DNA of 63,059 nucleotides from Patescibacteria group bacterium UBA1875 (lineage in GTDB: Bacteria; Patescibacteriota; CPR2; UBA1875): contig DDHN01000008.1 of the NCBI GenBank assembly GCA_002338125.1, positions 113,094 through 176,152 on the forward strand, given 5' to 3'. Each line of letters starts with the position of its first letter. Positions within the stretch are counted from its first letter, which is position 1. The translations under genes were made by a program, and so were the position numbers. Positions 26,168-36,005 of this stretch are shown one piece after another. Under the pieces are notes generated by a model. The model ran no database searches. It was not told where the DNA came from and saw only the letters and a list, made by a program, of their open reading frames with translations.

Positions 26168-28222
26168 ATGTCTTTGACGCTATTATCAAATGTTTCTGAG
26201 ATACCGGGGGTTGGAGATTTCTATGCTAAAAAGCTAGCTAAACTAGAAATAAAAACTACTCGTGATTTATTATTATACTTTCCGCGCCGTTGGGAGGATT
26301 ATTCGAAAATAACCAATATCGCAGCTGTTAAGTCTGGAGAACAAGTTTCGGTAAGAGGGAAAGTGGTTGATATTATTACCAAAAGAAGTCGAAGAGGGAT
26401 AACGGTAACTGAAATAATTATTGCTGATAATACAGGGAGTGCTAAAGCTGTATGGTTTAATCAACCATTTATTGAAAACACTATTCGCAAGGGAGAAGAA
26501 ATATATTTAGCTGGCAAGATGGAATGGGGCTTTGGGCAATTGAATTTTGTTTCTCCGGCTTATGAAAAAGTAAAAGAAGCCGAAGATGAACTCCGACATA
26601 CGGGTCGGATTGTTCCGATCTATCCTGAAACTGCTGGATTAAGTTCAAAATGGATTCGTCAAAAAGTTGGGTTGCTAACTAAAATTATCTATAATTTAAA
26701 AGATCATTTACCTGAAGTGATAAAGAAAAAACATGATTTGTTGGAGCTTTCAGCAGCGGTTCGGACAATCCATTTTCCGGAGAATATGGAAGAGTTAAAA
26801 AGAGCTCAAAAAAGGTTTTTGTATGATGATCTTTTTTGCCTCCTTTTATCTGTTCTATCAAACAAAAAAGAGATTGAAGGTAGTAGAGCCGTTTCTGTCA
26901 AATATGATGAAAAAATAGGAAAAAAATTTGTTGAGGATCTCCCGTTTGATTTAACCGACTCTCAGCGGAAAGCCGCTTGGGAAATTTTAAAGGATCTTAG
27001 TAAAAATACACCAATGAATCGACTCCTTGAAGGAGACGTCGGTAGTGGCAAAACAGTAGTTTGTGCCATGGCCGCTTTAATGGTTGGTAATGCCGGTTAT
27101 CAAACAGCACTTCTTGCTCCGACTGAAATCTTGGCTCGCCAGCATTATGAAAGTTTTAAAAAAATGCTACCAGAGAATATTAAGATAGTCTTATTAACAG
27201 GTTCGATAAAAGAAAAAGAAAAAAAGGAAATCTTATCTGAGATAGAGAATGGCGAAGCCCAAATTGTAATTGGGACACATGCAATTTTTTCAGAAAATGT
27301 TAATTTTTGGACTTTGGCTTTTGTAATTGTTGATGAACAACATCGTTTTGGGGTAGAACAGAGAAGAAAACTCAAAATAGCAAATGGGGAAGCAGGAATT
27401 ATGCCTCACTTTCTCTCAATGAGTGCTACTCCAATTCCGAGGACACTAGCGATTACGGTTTTCGGAGATTTATCTCTCTCTGTTTTAACTGATATGCCGC
27501 CAGGAAGAGAGAAGGTAGATACCTATGTCGTGCCACCATACAAGCGGGAAGACGGGTATGGATTTATCGAAAGAAAGATTAAAGAGGGTCGACAAATTTT
27601 TGTAATTTGTCCGTTAATTTCAGCCTCTGATAAATTAGGGGTTAAGTCAGCTGAGGAAGAGGCTAAAAATCTTGCAGTTATTTATCCAAAAAGAAAAATA
27701 GGCTTATTACACGGTAAGTTAAAGTCTGAGGATAAGGAGAAAGTAATGAATAGCTTTAAAAAGGGAGAGATTGATATTTTGGTTTCCACTTCCGTAGTTG
27801 AAGTAGGGGTTGACGTCCCTAATGCTTCGGTGATGGTTATCGAAGGAGCGGAAAGGTTTGGCTTGGCTCAACTCCATCAATTCCGGGGGCGAGTGGGGCG
27901 GGGAAGGCATAAATCATATTGTTTTCTATTCACCGAATCAAAACTTGGGAAGACTCTTGAGAGATTAAATGCTCTCGTTAATTTAAATAGTGGTTTTGAT
28001 CTTGCCGAAAAAGACCTCGAAATTAGAGGGCCAGGGGAATTACTTGGAATAAAACAATCGGGGAAGATAGACCAAACAATGGTTAAAGTTTTATCAGATC
28101 CGAGGATTATAAAAGAGGTAAAAGAAAGTGCCGAGAATTTTTTAAATAATAACAACCTTAATGATTATCCTAGACTCTTAGAGAAAGTAGCTGAATTCGA
28201 GATGGCGGCTAGATTGGAATAA
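26168..28222 (+). CDS. recG: ATP-dependent DNA helicase RecG
   Basis: Wedge/OB N-terminal domain and helicase motifs DVGSGKT, DEQHRFG and QLHQFRGRVGRG. Confidence 0.9.
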   Translation: MSLTLLSNVSEIPGVGDFYAKKLAKLEIKTTRDLLLYFPRRWEDYSKITNIAAVKSGEQVSVRGKVVDIITKRSRRGITVTEIIIADNTGSAKAVWFNQPFIENTIRKGEEIYLAGKMEWGFGQLNFVSPAYEKVKEAEDELRHTGRIVPIYPETAGLSSKWIRQKVGLLTKIIYNLKDHLPEVIKKKHDLLELSAAVRTIHFPENMEELKRAQKRFLYDDLFCLLLSVLSNKKEIEGSRAVSVKYDEKIGKKFVEDLPFDLTDSQRKAAWEILKDLSKNTPMNRLLEGDVGSGKTVVCAMAALMVGNAGYQTALLAPTEILARQHYESFKKMLPENIKIVLLTGSIKEKEKKEILSEIENGEAQIVIGTHAIFSENVNFWTLAFVIVDEQHRFGVEQRRKLKIANGEAGIMPHFLSMSATPIPRTLAITVFGDLSLSVLTDMPPGREKVDTYVVPPYKREDGYGFIERKIKEGRQIFVICPLISASDKLGVKSAEEEAKNLAVIYPKRKIGLLHGKLKSEDKEKVMNSFKKGEIDILVSTSVVEVGVDVPNASVMVIEGAERFGLAQLHQFRGRVGRGRHKSYCFLFTESKLGKTLERLNALVNLNSGFDLAEKDLEIRGPGELLGIKQSGKIDQTMVKVLSDPRIIKEVKESAENFLNNNNLNDYPRLLEKVAEFEMAARLE

Positions 28223-28227
28223 TATTA

Positions 28228-28256
28228 TTGACAAAAATTAAATTTATGATATTATA
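28228..28256 (+). promoter_or_regulatory. Sigma70-type promoter of island 2
   Basis: TTGACA (28228-28233), then TGaTATTAT (-10 at 28250-28255), starting 6 nt after the recG stop. Confidence 0.6.
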
Positions 28257-28265
28257 GCGATATTA

Positions 28266-28302
28266 TCCGGTGCTAATACCGGAAGTCTCGATTGTGGTCG
28301 AG
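28266..28302 (+). promoter_or_regulatory. Island 2 5' leader with two short hairpins
   Basis: TCCGGT-GCTAAT-ACCGGA (28266-28283) and CTCGA-TTGTGG-TCGAG (28287-28302). An AAGGAAG SD lies at 28311-28317. Confidence 0.5.
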
Positions 28303-28325
28303 TTGACATTAAGGAAGTGATTTGA

Positions 28326-29258
28326 GTGTCTAGTGAGGGCAACGTCTTTGTTGTACGTCTCGACTTCCAGCTCAGCCCTTCGATCGACTTGTTCGATCTT
28401 GAAGACGGAGAAGGAAGGGTCTTCCTGAATCATGCCCCTGAGGTCATTAAAGAGAAGGGAGAATTTGTCCTCGTGCAATCAGAGGGACAATTTGGTTTCT
28501 CCCTTATCCCAGCTGCACCGATGAAAGCTGGGTACAAGAGGGTTGATTCCATCAAGAAGCTTGTGGAGTTGGTGCTTGAGTTTGGGCTGTGTAAGCCCTT
28601 CGTCCCGCGTGGCTACCATGGAATTGTCGAAAAGGGTTTGAGCGATCAGCTCCATAAGGCCTACAACGAGTGCCGATTCGGTTCCTACGTCAAGCTTCCT
28701 GATTCAAGTGTGGTGTTGGTGGTCAGCGATGAAGCTCTTGACCCAGGAACGTTTGTTGAGGCTCGGCGAGCCTGGAACAACGTTCTCGTTGTTGGGCGAG
28801 CTGAGTTCGAGAGCCGGCAACCATTCCGACACGAGAACTGGGCTAGCTTTGTAAGCGCTCTGATGGCTAGCTACCCTCAGCAAGTCAAAGGGCACTTGAC
28901 TCCTCGTAAGCCGCCAAGGAGGATTCAGGGAACTTGGGCCGGTCCCGACCTCGACTACATTAACCGTCGGGGGCAAGCCTCAACTCGTTTGCTTGTTGAC
29001 GGACAAGAAGAAGGGTCTGTCGTTACCGTGTATTTCACGCGTTGCGACAAAAACCCTTCCGTTCCGATCAGAACTGGTGAGGCTGTTGAGGTTTGGTATG
29101 CCGGTAAAGGTAACATTGCGGTTATCCCTTACGCTGGCCGAACCACTCAAGTCCTGCGACCAAGAGAGCTAGTCAGAGAGCTGGGAGTGCAAAGAGACAG
29201 TCTCGATGAGAGAAAACTCTCATCATACGACAACGTTCGCGTGGTCTACACTTCCTGA
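28326..29258 (+). CDS. Island 2 ORF: 310-aa soluble hypothetical protein
   Basis: The GTG start lies 8 nt downstream of AAGGAAG. There is no TM helix or signal peptide. The protein is beta-rich and Arg-rich, and no family is recognised. Confidence 0.65.
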   Translation: MSSEGNVFVVRLDFQLSPSIDLFDLEDGEGRVFLNHAPEVIKEKGEFVLVQSEGQFGFSLIPAAPMKAGYKRVDSIKKLVELVLEFGLCKPFVPRGYHGIVEKGLSDQLHKAYNECRFGSYVKLPDSSVVLVVSDEALDPGTFVEARRAWNNVLVVGRAEFESRQPFRHENWASFVSALMASYPQQVKGHLTPRKPPRRIQGTWAGPDLDYINRRGQASTRLLVDGQEEGSVVTVYFTRCDKNPSVPIRTGEAVEVWYAGKGNIAVIPYAGRTTQVLRPRELVRELGVQRDSLDERKLSSYDNVRVVYTS

Positions 29259-29271
29259 AGTAGTCCCTTGT

Positions 29272-29300
29272 AACGGGCGCCTATCGAGGCGCCCGTTTTC
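29272..29300 (+). terminator. Island 2 rho-independent terminator
   Basis: AACGGGCGCC-TATCGA-GGCGCCCGTT followed by TTC and a T-rich tract. Confidence 0.75.
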
Positions 29301-29339
29301 AATCTTCATTCTTTTATAATTTAAGCATATAATTAAACT

Positions 29340-29885
29340 ATGCATATCGGAACAGGACAATTTGAAGGCAAGAAGATAAAAGATTCTCATGATGGCATCC
29401 CACTGTCAACTCGGACTTTAACTATTAAGGAATCAATATTTGAAATAATCGGAATTAGAATTCAGGAATCGGCTGTGCTTGATATCAACGACCGGAATGG
29501 AATGTATGGGATAGAGGCTATTTCCAAAGGAGCGGCCGTAGTTCAGTTTCTGAATATTCATAATGAAGAGAAGAATATAATTAAAGAAAATTTAAAAATG
29601 GTTGAACTTAATCCAGCTGACTTTGTGATTAATGAAAAACCGGAAAAATTTTTTTCAAAGAAAACTGATTTCAGATTTGATGTAATATTTTTCAGGGCTG
29701 TCGATAATCATTGTCTTTTGTTACTCGATAGAGTATTAGCAATGCAAACATCAAATGGCATAACTGTACTTTTCTACCCTCAAAACAAAGAATGCCAGTT
29801 TACCGGAGCCCCTGATGGCTACCAGGTGATTGATACTAGGGATGTTGAGACGGAAAGGGTAGTTGTATTACTTAAAGAAAAATAA
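29340..29885 (+). CDS. RsmD-like methyltransferase fold protein with degenerate catalytic motifs
   Basis: It is colinear with RsmD (GQFEGKKIK...TRTLTIKESIFEII...GIEAISKGAA...FDVIFF). However, FAGSG is replaced by NDRNG and DPPF by FRAV. Confidence 0.6.
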   Translation: MHIGTGQFEGKKIKDSHDGIPLSTRTLTIKESIFEIIGIRIQESAVLDINDRNGMYGIEAISKGAAVVQFLNIHNEEKNIIKENLKMVELNPADFVINEKPEKFFSKKTDFRFDVIFFRAVDNHCLLLLDRVLAMQTSNGITVLFYPQNKECQFTGAPDGYQVIDTRDVETERVVVLLKEK

Positions 29886-29913
29886 AAAGAAACAACTTGA
29901 TGATGTTTCTTTT

Positions 29914-29998
29914 TGGTGCCGGAGAGAGGACTCGAACCTCCACGGGAATACCCACTAGTTCCTAAGACTAGCGCGTCTACCAGTTCCGCCACTCCGGC
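29914..29998 (-). tRNA. tRNA-Leu (anticodon UAG), type II with a long variable arm, CCA encoded
   Basis: The reverse complement folds as acceptor GCCGGAG/CTCCGGC, anticodon stem CTAGT/ACTAG with loop CTTAGGA, T-arm GGAGG-TTCGAGT-CCTCT and 3' ACCA. Upstream on the minus strand lies TTGAAA-N17-TAAAAT (30010-30038). Confidence 0.9.
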
Positions 29999-30121
29999 TA
30001 GCAAAGCATATTTTAGCAGAATAATAATTATATTTCAATGTATTCTTAGTAGGATTGTTGGTTGTCTTTGATGGTTTTGTCTGTTAGAATATCAAGGCAT
30101 TAAGTAATTTTGGGAGGATAA

Positions 30122-30430
30122 ATGAGTGTAATTGAGCTTAACGATTCAAACTTTAAAGGCGAAGTAGAATCAACAGAAGGAACTGTTGTAGTTGACTTTT
30201 ACGCTGATTGGTGTGGACCCTGTAAGATGATGGCCCCAATCTTTGAAGAAGCTTCTAACGAAGTTAATGATGTTAAATTTGTAAAAATAAATGTTGATAA
30301 GTCCCAAGAAACAGCGATGAAATATGGGGTTATGAGTATACCAACCTTAGTTGTTGTTAAAGATGGGAAAGTGGTTAGTCAAGCGGCTGGTGTTGTTGAT
30401 AAAGAAGCATTGATAAAGATGGTCAAGTAA
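30122..30430 (+). CDS. trxA: Thioredoxin
   Basis: WCGPC active site, 102 aa, GGGAGGA SD. Confidence 0.9.
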   Translation: MSVIELNDSNFKGEVESTEGTVVVDFYADWCGPCKMMAPIFEEASNEVNDVKFVKINVDKSQETAMKYGVMSIPTLVVVKDGKVVSQAAGVVDKEALIKMVK

Positions 30431-30438
30431 GGAGTCTG

Positions 30439-31734
30439 ATGGCTTATAGGGTAGTAAAAAAAGACAAAAGTGAAATTGAATTTGAGGTTACCGTTGACAA
30501 GAAAAAACTTGAGGCGGTAACTAAAATAGTTACAGAGGAGCTTGGTAAAAATGTTAAAGTTGATGGGTTTCGACCCGGCAAAGCACCACAATTTTTGATT
30601 GAAAAAGAAGTGGGAAAAGATCGTTTTTGGGCTGAGGTTATTGATAAAGTGATACCAGAGGCTTACTTTGAGGCCGTAGTTTCTGAAAAGATAAAAGCAA
30701 TCGCTCAACCTCAGGTGCAGGTAAAAGAATTTATCCCCGGACAAAAATTGGTTTTCTCTGCTAAGACTGCTGTCATTCCTGAACTTTCAAATTTTAGTTA
30801 CAAAGATTTTAAAATTTCTTTTAATCCCCAAAAACCAACGGAGCAGGAGAAGAAAGATGCCTTTGATGGACTCCGTGAAAAATATGCTTCCGATAAAGAA
30901 GTTGAAAGGACGGCTAAATCAGGGGATAAAGTTGAAATTGATTTTAAGGGTACCTTGAAAGGCTTGCCATTTGACGGTGGCGAATCAAAAAATCATCCTT
31001 TGGTATTGGGCAGTAAGATGATGATTCCAGGATTTGAAGAAAAAATCGAAGGACATAAGGCGGGGGATAAATTCAATTTTGAGATTACTTTCCCTAAGGA
31101 TTATCATGCCAAAAATTTAGCGGGAGAAAAAGTGAAATTTGAAGTAAGGCTTAATAAAGTTTTTACCAAAGAGCTTCCCGAACTAAACGATCAATGGGCG
31201 AAAAAGTTTGGCCTAAAAAATCTTAACGATTTAAAAGAAGAGCTTGAAAAAGAACTAGCTTTGCAAAAAGAACTAGCAGCAAAGAGAGAAACCGAAGAGA
31301 AAATAATTGATAAAATCATCGAAAAGAATAAGATTCCTGCCCCAAGTGTGTTAGTAGATGAAGAAATTCATCGAATGGTTCATGAAGCAGAGCACAATTT
31401 ATCTCATTCAGGTCTAACTATTGATAAATTTTTAGAGATGAGCAATAAAACTCTTGAAGAGCTGCATAAAGAAATGAGGCCGGAAGCAGAAAAGCGAGTA
31501 AAGCTTGGAATAGTTTTGGGTGAGGTTTCAAGGATAGAAAATATCAAAGCAGAAGAGTCTGATATTGAGCAAGAAATAGAGAAGTTAGTAGCGACTGCAC
31601 CGGAGGATATGAAGAAAGAGGATGTCCGGGCAGTTTACGATACTCCTGAAAGAAGGAGAGAGATTGGCAACAACCTTATTATCAGAAAAGCCCTTGATAG
31701 GCTTTGGAAATTGAATGTTGAGAATAAAAAATAA
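30439..31734 (+). CDS. tig: Trigger factor
   Basis: 431 aa with an N-terminal ribosome-binding domain (GFRPGKAP), an FKBP-like middle domain and a C-terminal arm domain. It precedes clpP. Confidence 0.9.
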   Translation: MAYRVVKKDKSEIEFEVTVDKKKLEAVTKIVTEELGKNVKVDGFRPGKAPQFLIEKEVGKDRFWAEVIDKVIPEAYFEAVVSEKIKAIAQPQVQVKEFIPGQKLVFSAKTAVIPELSNFSYKDFKISFNPQKPTEQEKKDAFDGLREKYASDKEVERTAKSGDKVEIDFKGTLKGLPFDGGESKNHPLVLGSKMMIPGFEEKIEGHKAGDKFNFEITFPKDYHAKNLAGEKVKFEVRLNKVFTKELPELNDQWAKKFGLKNLNDLKEELEKELALQKELAAKRETEEKIIDKIIEKNKIPAPSVLVDEEIHRMVHEAEHNLSHSGLTIDKFLEMSNKTLEELHKEMRPEAEKRVKLGIVLGEVSRIENIKAEESDIEQEIEKLVATAPEDMKKEDVRAVYDTPERRREIGNNLIIRKALDRLWKLNVENKK

Positions 31735-31757
31735 TGAAGTGATATAATGGAGGTGCT

Positions 31758-32354
31758 ATGAAAACAACAAATCAAATATTAGTGCCAACCGTGATCGAGC
31801 AGACAGGGATGGGGGAACGAGCCTACGATATTTATTCTCGTTTGCTTCGTGATCGAATAATCTTTATTGGTTCTCAAATAGATGATCACGTAGCGAATAT
31901 AGTAATTGCTCAATTGTTATTTCTTGAAGCTGAAGACGATAAAAAAGATATTAAGATATTTATAAACTCACCTGGAGGAATTGTCTACTCAACTTTGGCA
32001 ATATATGACACCATCCAATACATAAAGCCGGATGTACAAACAATTTGTATCGGGATGGCAGCCAGTGGAGCTTCGATATTACTTGCTGCTGGTAAAAAAG
32101 GCAAACGTTATTCTTTGCCAAACTCTCGGATTATGATACACCAACCAATGGGTGGTGCTGAGGGCCAGGCTTCGGATATATCCATCCAGGCTAAAGAAAT
32201 CCTTTATATCAAAGATAAATTAATAGACGTTATGAAAAAACATACCGGACAAAAGAAAGAGCAATTAGAAAAGGATATGGATCGAGATTTTTTCATGAGC
32301 CCAGAAGAAGCCAAAAAATACGGTATTGTTGACGAAATTATATTAAAGAAATAA
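31758..32354 (+). CDS. clpP: ATP-dependent Clp protease proteolytic subunit
   Basis: The catalytic Ser context (GMAASGAS) and MIHQP. 198 aa. Confidence 0.9.
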   Translation: MKTTNQILVPTVIEQTGMGERAYDIYSRLLRDRIIFIGSQIDDHVANIVIAQLLFLEAEDDKKDIKIFINSPGGIVYSTLAIYDTIQYIKPDVQTICIGMAASGASILLAAGKKGKRYSLPNSRIMIHQPMGGAEGQASDISIQAKEILYIKDKLIDVMKKHTGQKKEQLEKDMDRDFFMSPEEAKKYGIVDEIILKK

Positions 32355-32368
32355 TTATCAAATTGTTC

Positions 32369-32397
32369 TTGACATTGTGGATAATTGTTGATAATAT
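32369..32397 (+). promoter_or_regulatory. rpoBC promoter
   Basis: TTGACA, a 17-nt spacer, then TAATAT, followed by a leader of about 100 nt. Confidence 0.5.
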
Positions 32398-32501
32398 TTT
32401 TCTTGCCTAATTTATTTTGGATTTATATAGCGTGAGGCAGGGTCAACCGACCAACTACAAAGTAATATTAAACCCTTAAAGGAAAGAAAGGGCGTTTTTT
32501 A

Positions 32502-35500
32502 ATGGCACAAGATTCCCCTATGCCTAAAACTTCGAAGCGTAAATATTACAGGCCGCTTCAATCGGTTCTCGATTTACCAAATTTAATTGAAATTCAAACC
32601 AAGTCTTATGATTGGTTTATCCGGGAGGGAATAAAAGAGGTTCTAGATGAGGTCAGCCCGATAGTTGATTTTTCGGGCGAGATGTATTCGCTTTCTTTTG
32701 GCGACTATTATCTAGATGAACCAAAATATACCGAAAAAGTCTCCCGCGAAAAAAAGATTAACTACGAAGCTCCTTTAAAAGTCGAAGTTACTTTAAAAAA
32801 TCTACAATCAGGAAAAACCAAAAAACAAGAAGTTTTCTTATCTGACTTACCTTTGATGACTAAGCAAGGTACTTTTGTAATCAATGGAGTAGAGAGAGTT
32901 GTCATTTCTCAGTTGGTTAGAAGCGCTGGTGTATTTTTTAGTGCTGAAGAAATTGGTGGAAACAAATTTTTTGGAGCTAAGGTAATTCCAAGCAGAGGGG
33001 CTTGGCTGGAAATCGAGACTGCTACTAATGGAGCAATTTATGCCAAAATTGATCGTCGAAGAAAAATTCCAATCACTACCTTAGTAAGAGCGTTCGGCTA
33101 TTCAACAGATGAAGAAATTCGTAGTCTTTTTGCTGATGTTAATACCGATAAGGACATGAATTATGTTGAAAGAACTTTGGAAAAAGATGCAACAACAAAT
33201 TCGGAAGAAGCTTTCATAGAGATCTATAAAAAGATACGACCAGGTGATTTAGCAACTGCCGAAAACGCTAAACAGCTTATAGAAGGTATGTTCTTTGATT
33301 TTAAGAAGTATGACTTATCTCGGGTAGGACGTTATAAGATGAACAAGATGCTTGGAGTCGAAGTTGCTAATAAACGAGAGAACAGGATTTTGAGAAAAGA
33401 AGACTTTGTTTTAATCGTAAAAGAGGTAATAAAGCGAAATGTAATACAGGCTGAGCCAACCGATATCGACCATTTAGGGAATCGAAGAGTTAGAGCAGTA
33501 GGGGAGCTTTTGCAACAACGCTTCCGGGTTGGAATTTTGAGAGCTGAGAGAAACATCAAAGACAAAATGTCTACTGCTGATCCTAAAACAGTTACCCCTT
33601 CCCAACTCATTAACGTTCGACCAATCTCATCAGTTGTTAAAGAGTTTTTTGCTTCATCTCAATTGTCGCAATTTATGGACCAAACCAATCCATTATCAGA
33701 ACTTGTTCACAAAAGAAGGCTTTCAGCTTTAGGCCCTGGCGGTTTATCAAAGGAACGAGCCGGTTTTGATGTTCGTGATGTTCACCGAACTCATTATGGA
33801 CGAATTTGTCCAAACGAAACTCCGGAAGGGCCAAATATTGGTCTTGTTAACTATCTAGCTTCTTTTGCTAGGGTCAATGATTACGGTTTTCTGGAAACTC
33901 CTTATCGGGTAGTAACTCAAACTGTTAAAAATGATGGAAAATCAGCCATAGACTATTTAGCCGGTGAAACAATAACTGGTATTGTCAAAAAAGGTGAAAA
34001 GATAAACAAAACAATTGCTAGTAAATTAGCTAAAAGAGAACAAAACGAAATCAAAATTATCCCTCAGGTTACTAAGCAAGTCGTCTATATGACTGCCGAT
34101 GAAGAAGAGGGTAAAGTTATTGCTCAGGCAAATACTGAGATTACAACTGATGGCTATTTCAAGGATAATCTTATTACTGCTCGCAAAAAGGGAGAGGCCG
34201 CAGAAGTTTCTATCGATGAAGTTACCCATATGGATGTAGCTAGTGAGCAAATAGTCTCAGTATCTACTGGTCTGGTTCCTTTCTTGGAACATGATGACGG
34301 CAAGCGAACTCTGATGGCAGCAAACATGCAACGCCAAGCCGTTCCTTTGGTTAAATCGGAAGCGCCAATTGTCGGAACTGGAATTGAAGGTAAAGTTGCT
34401 CGCGACTCTGGTTTGACTGTTTTGGCAAAGGAATCAGGTAAAGCTCTTTCTGTTACTGGTTCGATGTTAAAAGTTAAATTTGATAAAAGCGGCGAAGAAT
34501 TATTTGAGCTTATCAAATATCGTCGTACAAATGATGATACTTGTATAAATCAAAGAGCAATTGTTGAAGAAGGACAGCGTTTCAAAAAAGGTGATGTGTT
34601 GATTGATGGCCCGGCTTCCGATAAGGGCGAGCTTGCTATCGGCCAAAACCTGCTTGTAGCCTATATGGCATTTTCAGGCTATAACTACGAAGACGCTATT
34701 ATAATCTCTGAAAGACTCGTTAAGGATGACGTGTATAGCTCAGTTCATCTTGAGCTTTTTACTATTGATGTTCGTGATACCAAACTTGGTCCAGAAATGG
34801 TTACTCGGGATATTCCGAATGTATCTGAAGAATCACTTAGAAACCTTGATGAAGAAGGGGTAATAAGGGTGGGAGCCGAAGTTAATCAGGGTGATATTCT
34901 AGTCGGAAAAATTACACCCAAGGGAGAGACGGAACTTTCAGCCGAAGAAAGATTACTTCGAGCTATCTTCGGAGAAAAAGCTCGTGATGTAAAAGATACT
35001 TCTCTTAGGGTGCAGCCTGGTGTCCACGGGAAAATAGTTGATATTAGTACTAGAGAACGTGATAAAGGCGATGAACTTCCAGCCGGAGTTATCAAACAGA
35101 TTGATGTTGTTGTTGCGAGGCTTTCGAAGATTACTGTTGGAGACAAAATTGCAGGTCGACACGGTAACAAGGGTGTTATCGCTAGAATTGCCCCAGTAGA
35201 AGATATGCCTTATCTAGCTGACGGTACACCAGTGGATATTATTTTAAATCCATTGGGGGTTTCAGCTCGTATGAACATTGGTCAGATATTAGAAACTCAT
35301 CTTGGCTGGGCTGCCAAAGCACTTGGGATTAAAGTAGCTGCCCCGGTCTTTATGGGACCTTCGGTTAACCAGATTAAGGATGAGCTAAAAAAGGCTGGTC
35401 TCTCGGAAGATGGAAAATCAATACTTTACGACGGCCGTACCGGAGAGCCGTTTGACCAACCAGTTACAGTTGGAATAACTTATATGCTTAAACTTCACCA

Positions 35501-36005
35501 CATGGTCGAAGATAAAATTCATGCTCGTTCAATTGGTTCTTATGCGATGGTGACGCAGCAGCCACTCGGTGGTAAAGCTCAATTTGGAGGCCAAAGATTC
35601 GGAGAAATGGAGGTTTGGGCCTTGGAAGCTTATGGTGCTGCTCATACATTACAAGAAGTCTTAACGATAAAGTCCGATGATGTTCTTGGCCGTTCGAGAG
35701 CGTATGAATCGATTATTAAGGGTGAGGATATCGCTGAGCCAAGAATACCAGAATCCTTTAATGTTTTGGTCAAAGAATTACAAGGCTTAGGTCTTGCAAT
35801 CGATCTCTTAACTGATGCTAAGGAAAAAACAGAGATAACGGCTGATGATGCAATCGAGGAGGGATACGAAGAGGGGATCGAGGAGCTTAAAGATTCCGGG
35901 CTAATAGAGGGTGATGCCACGGCTAATCTGCCAAAAATAGATGTCGATAAAGAAGGTCAAATAGACGAATTTGAGGCAATCAAGGAGGAAGAAGATGCCA
36001 AATAA
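32502..36005 (+). CDS. rpoB: DNA-directed RNA polymerase beta subunit
   Basis: 1167 aa, with conserved GEMEVWALEAYGAAH and other beta-subunit blocks. Confidence 0.95.
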   Translation: MAQDSPMPKTSKRKYYRPLQSVLDLPNLIEIQTKSYDWFIREGIKEVLDEVSPIVDFSGEMYSLSFGDYYLDEPKYTEKVSREKKINYEAPLKVEVTLKNLQSGKTKKQEVFLSDLPLMTKQGTFVINGVERVVISQLVRSAGVFFSAEEIGGNKFFGAKVIPSRGAWLEIETATNGAIYAKIDRRRKIPITTLVRAFGYSTDEEIRSLFADVNTDKDMNYVERTLEKDATTNSEEAFIEIYKKIRPGDLATAENAKQLIEGMFFDFKKYDLSRVGRYKMNKMLGVEVANKRENRILRKEDFVLIVKEVIKRNVIQAEPTDIDHLGNRRVRAVGELLQQRFRVGILRAERNIKDKMSTADPKTVTPSQLINVRPISSVVKEFFASSQLSQFMDQTNPLSELVHKRRLSALGPGGLSKERAGFDVRDVHRTHYGRICPNETPEGPNIGLVNYLASFARVNDYGFLETPYRVVTQTVKNDGKSAIDYLAGETITGIVKKGEKINKTIASKLAKREQNEIKIIPQVTKQVVYMTADEEEGKVIAQANTEITTDGYFKDNLITARKKGEAAEVSIDEVTHMDVASEQIVSVSTGLVPFLEHDDGKRTLMAANMQRQAVPLVKSEAPIVGTGIEGKVARDSGLTVLAKESGKALSVTGSMLKVKFDKSGEELFELIKYRRTNDDTCINQRAIVEEGQRFKKGDVLIDGPASDKGELAIGQNLLVAYMAFSGYNYEDAIIISERLVKDDVYSSVHLELFTIDVRDTKLGPEMVTRDIPNVSEESLRNLDEEGVIRVGAEVNQGDILVGKITPKGETELSAEERLLRAIFGEKARDVKDTSLRVQPGVHGKIVDISTRERDKGDELPAGVIKQIDVVVARLSKITVGDKIAGRHGNKGVIARIAPVEDMPYLADGTPVDIILNPLGVSARMNIGQILETHLGWAAKALGIKVAAPVFMGPSVNQIKDELKKAGLSEDGKSILYDGRTGEPFDQPVTVGITYMLKLHHMVEDKIHARSIGSYAMVTQQPLGGKAQFGGQRFGEMEVWALEAYGAAHTLQEVLTIKSDDVLGRSRAYESIIKGEDIAEPRIPESFNVLVKELQGLGLAIDLLTDAKEKTEITADDAIEEGYEEGIEELKDSGLIEGDATANLPKIDVDKEGQIDEFEAIKEEEDAK

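Larger units (their letters stand above)
28257..29300 (+). other. GC-rich orphan-gene island 2 (single 310-aa ORF)
   Basis: Hand count 34/60 G+C at 28561-28620, with C/G-ending codons. It has its own promoter and a GC-stem terminator. Confidence 0.75.

Noticed and set aside
28263-28976. Minus-strand ORFs in island 2 (28263-28478 and 28704-28976)
   Set aside because: They are antisense to a 310-aa ORF that has an SD. The first would read through the promoter and leader hairpins. Neither has an SD.
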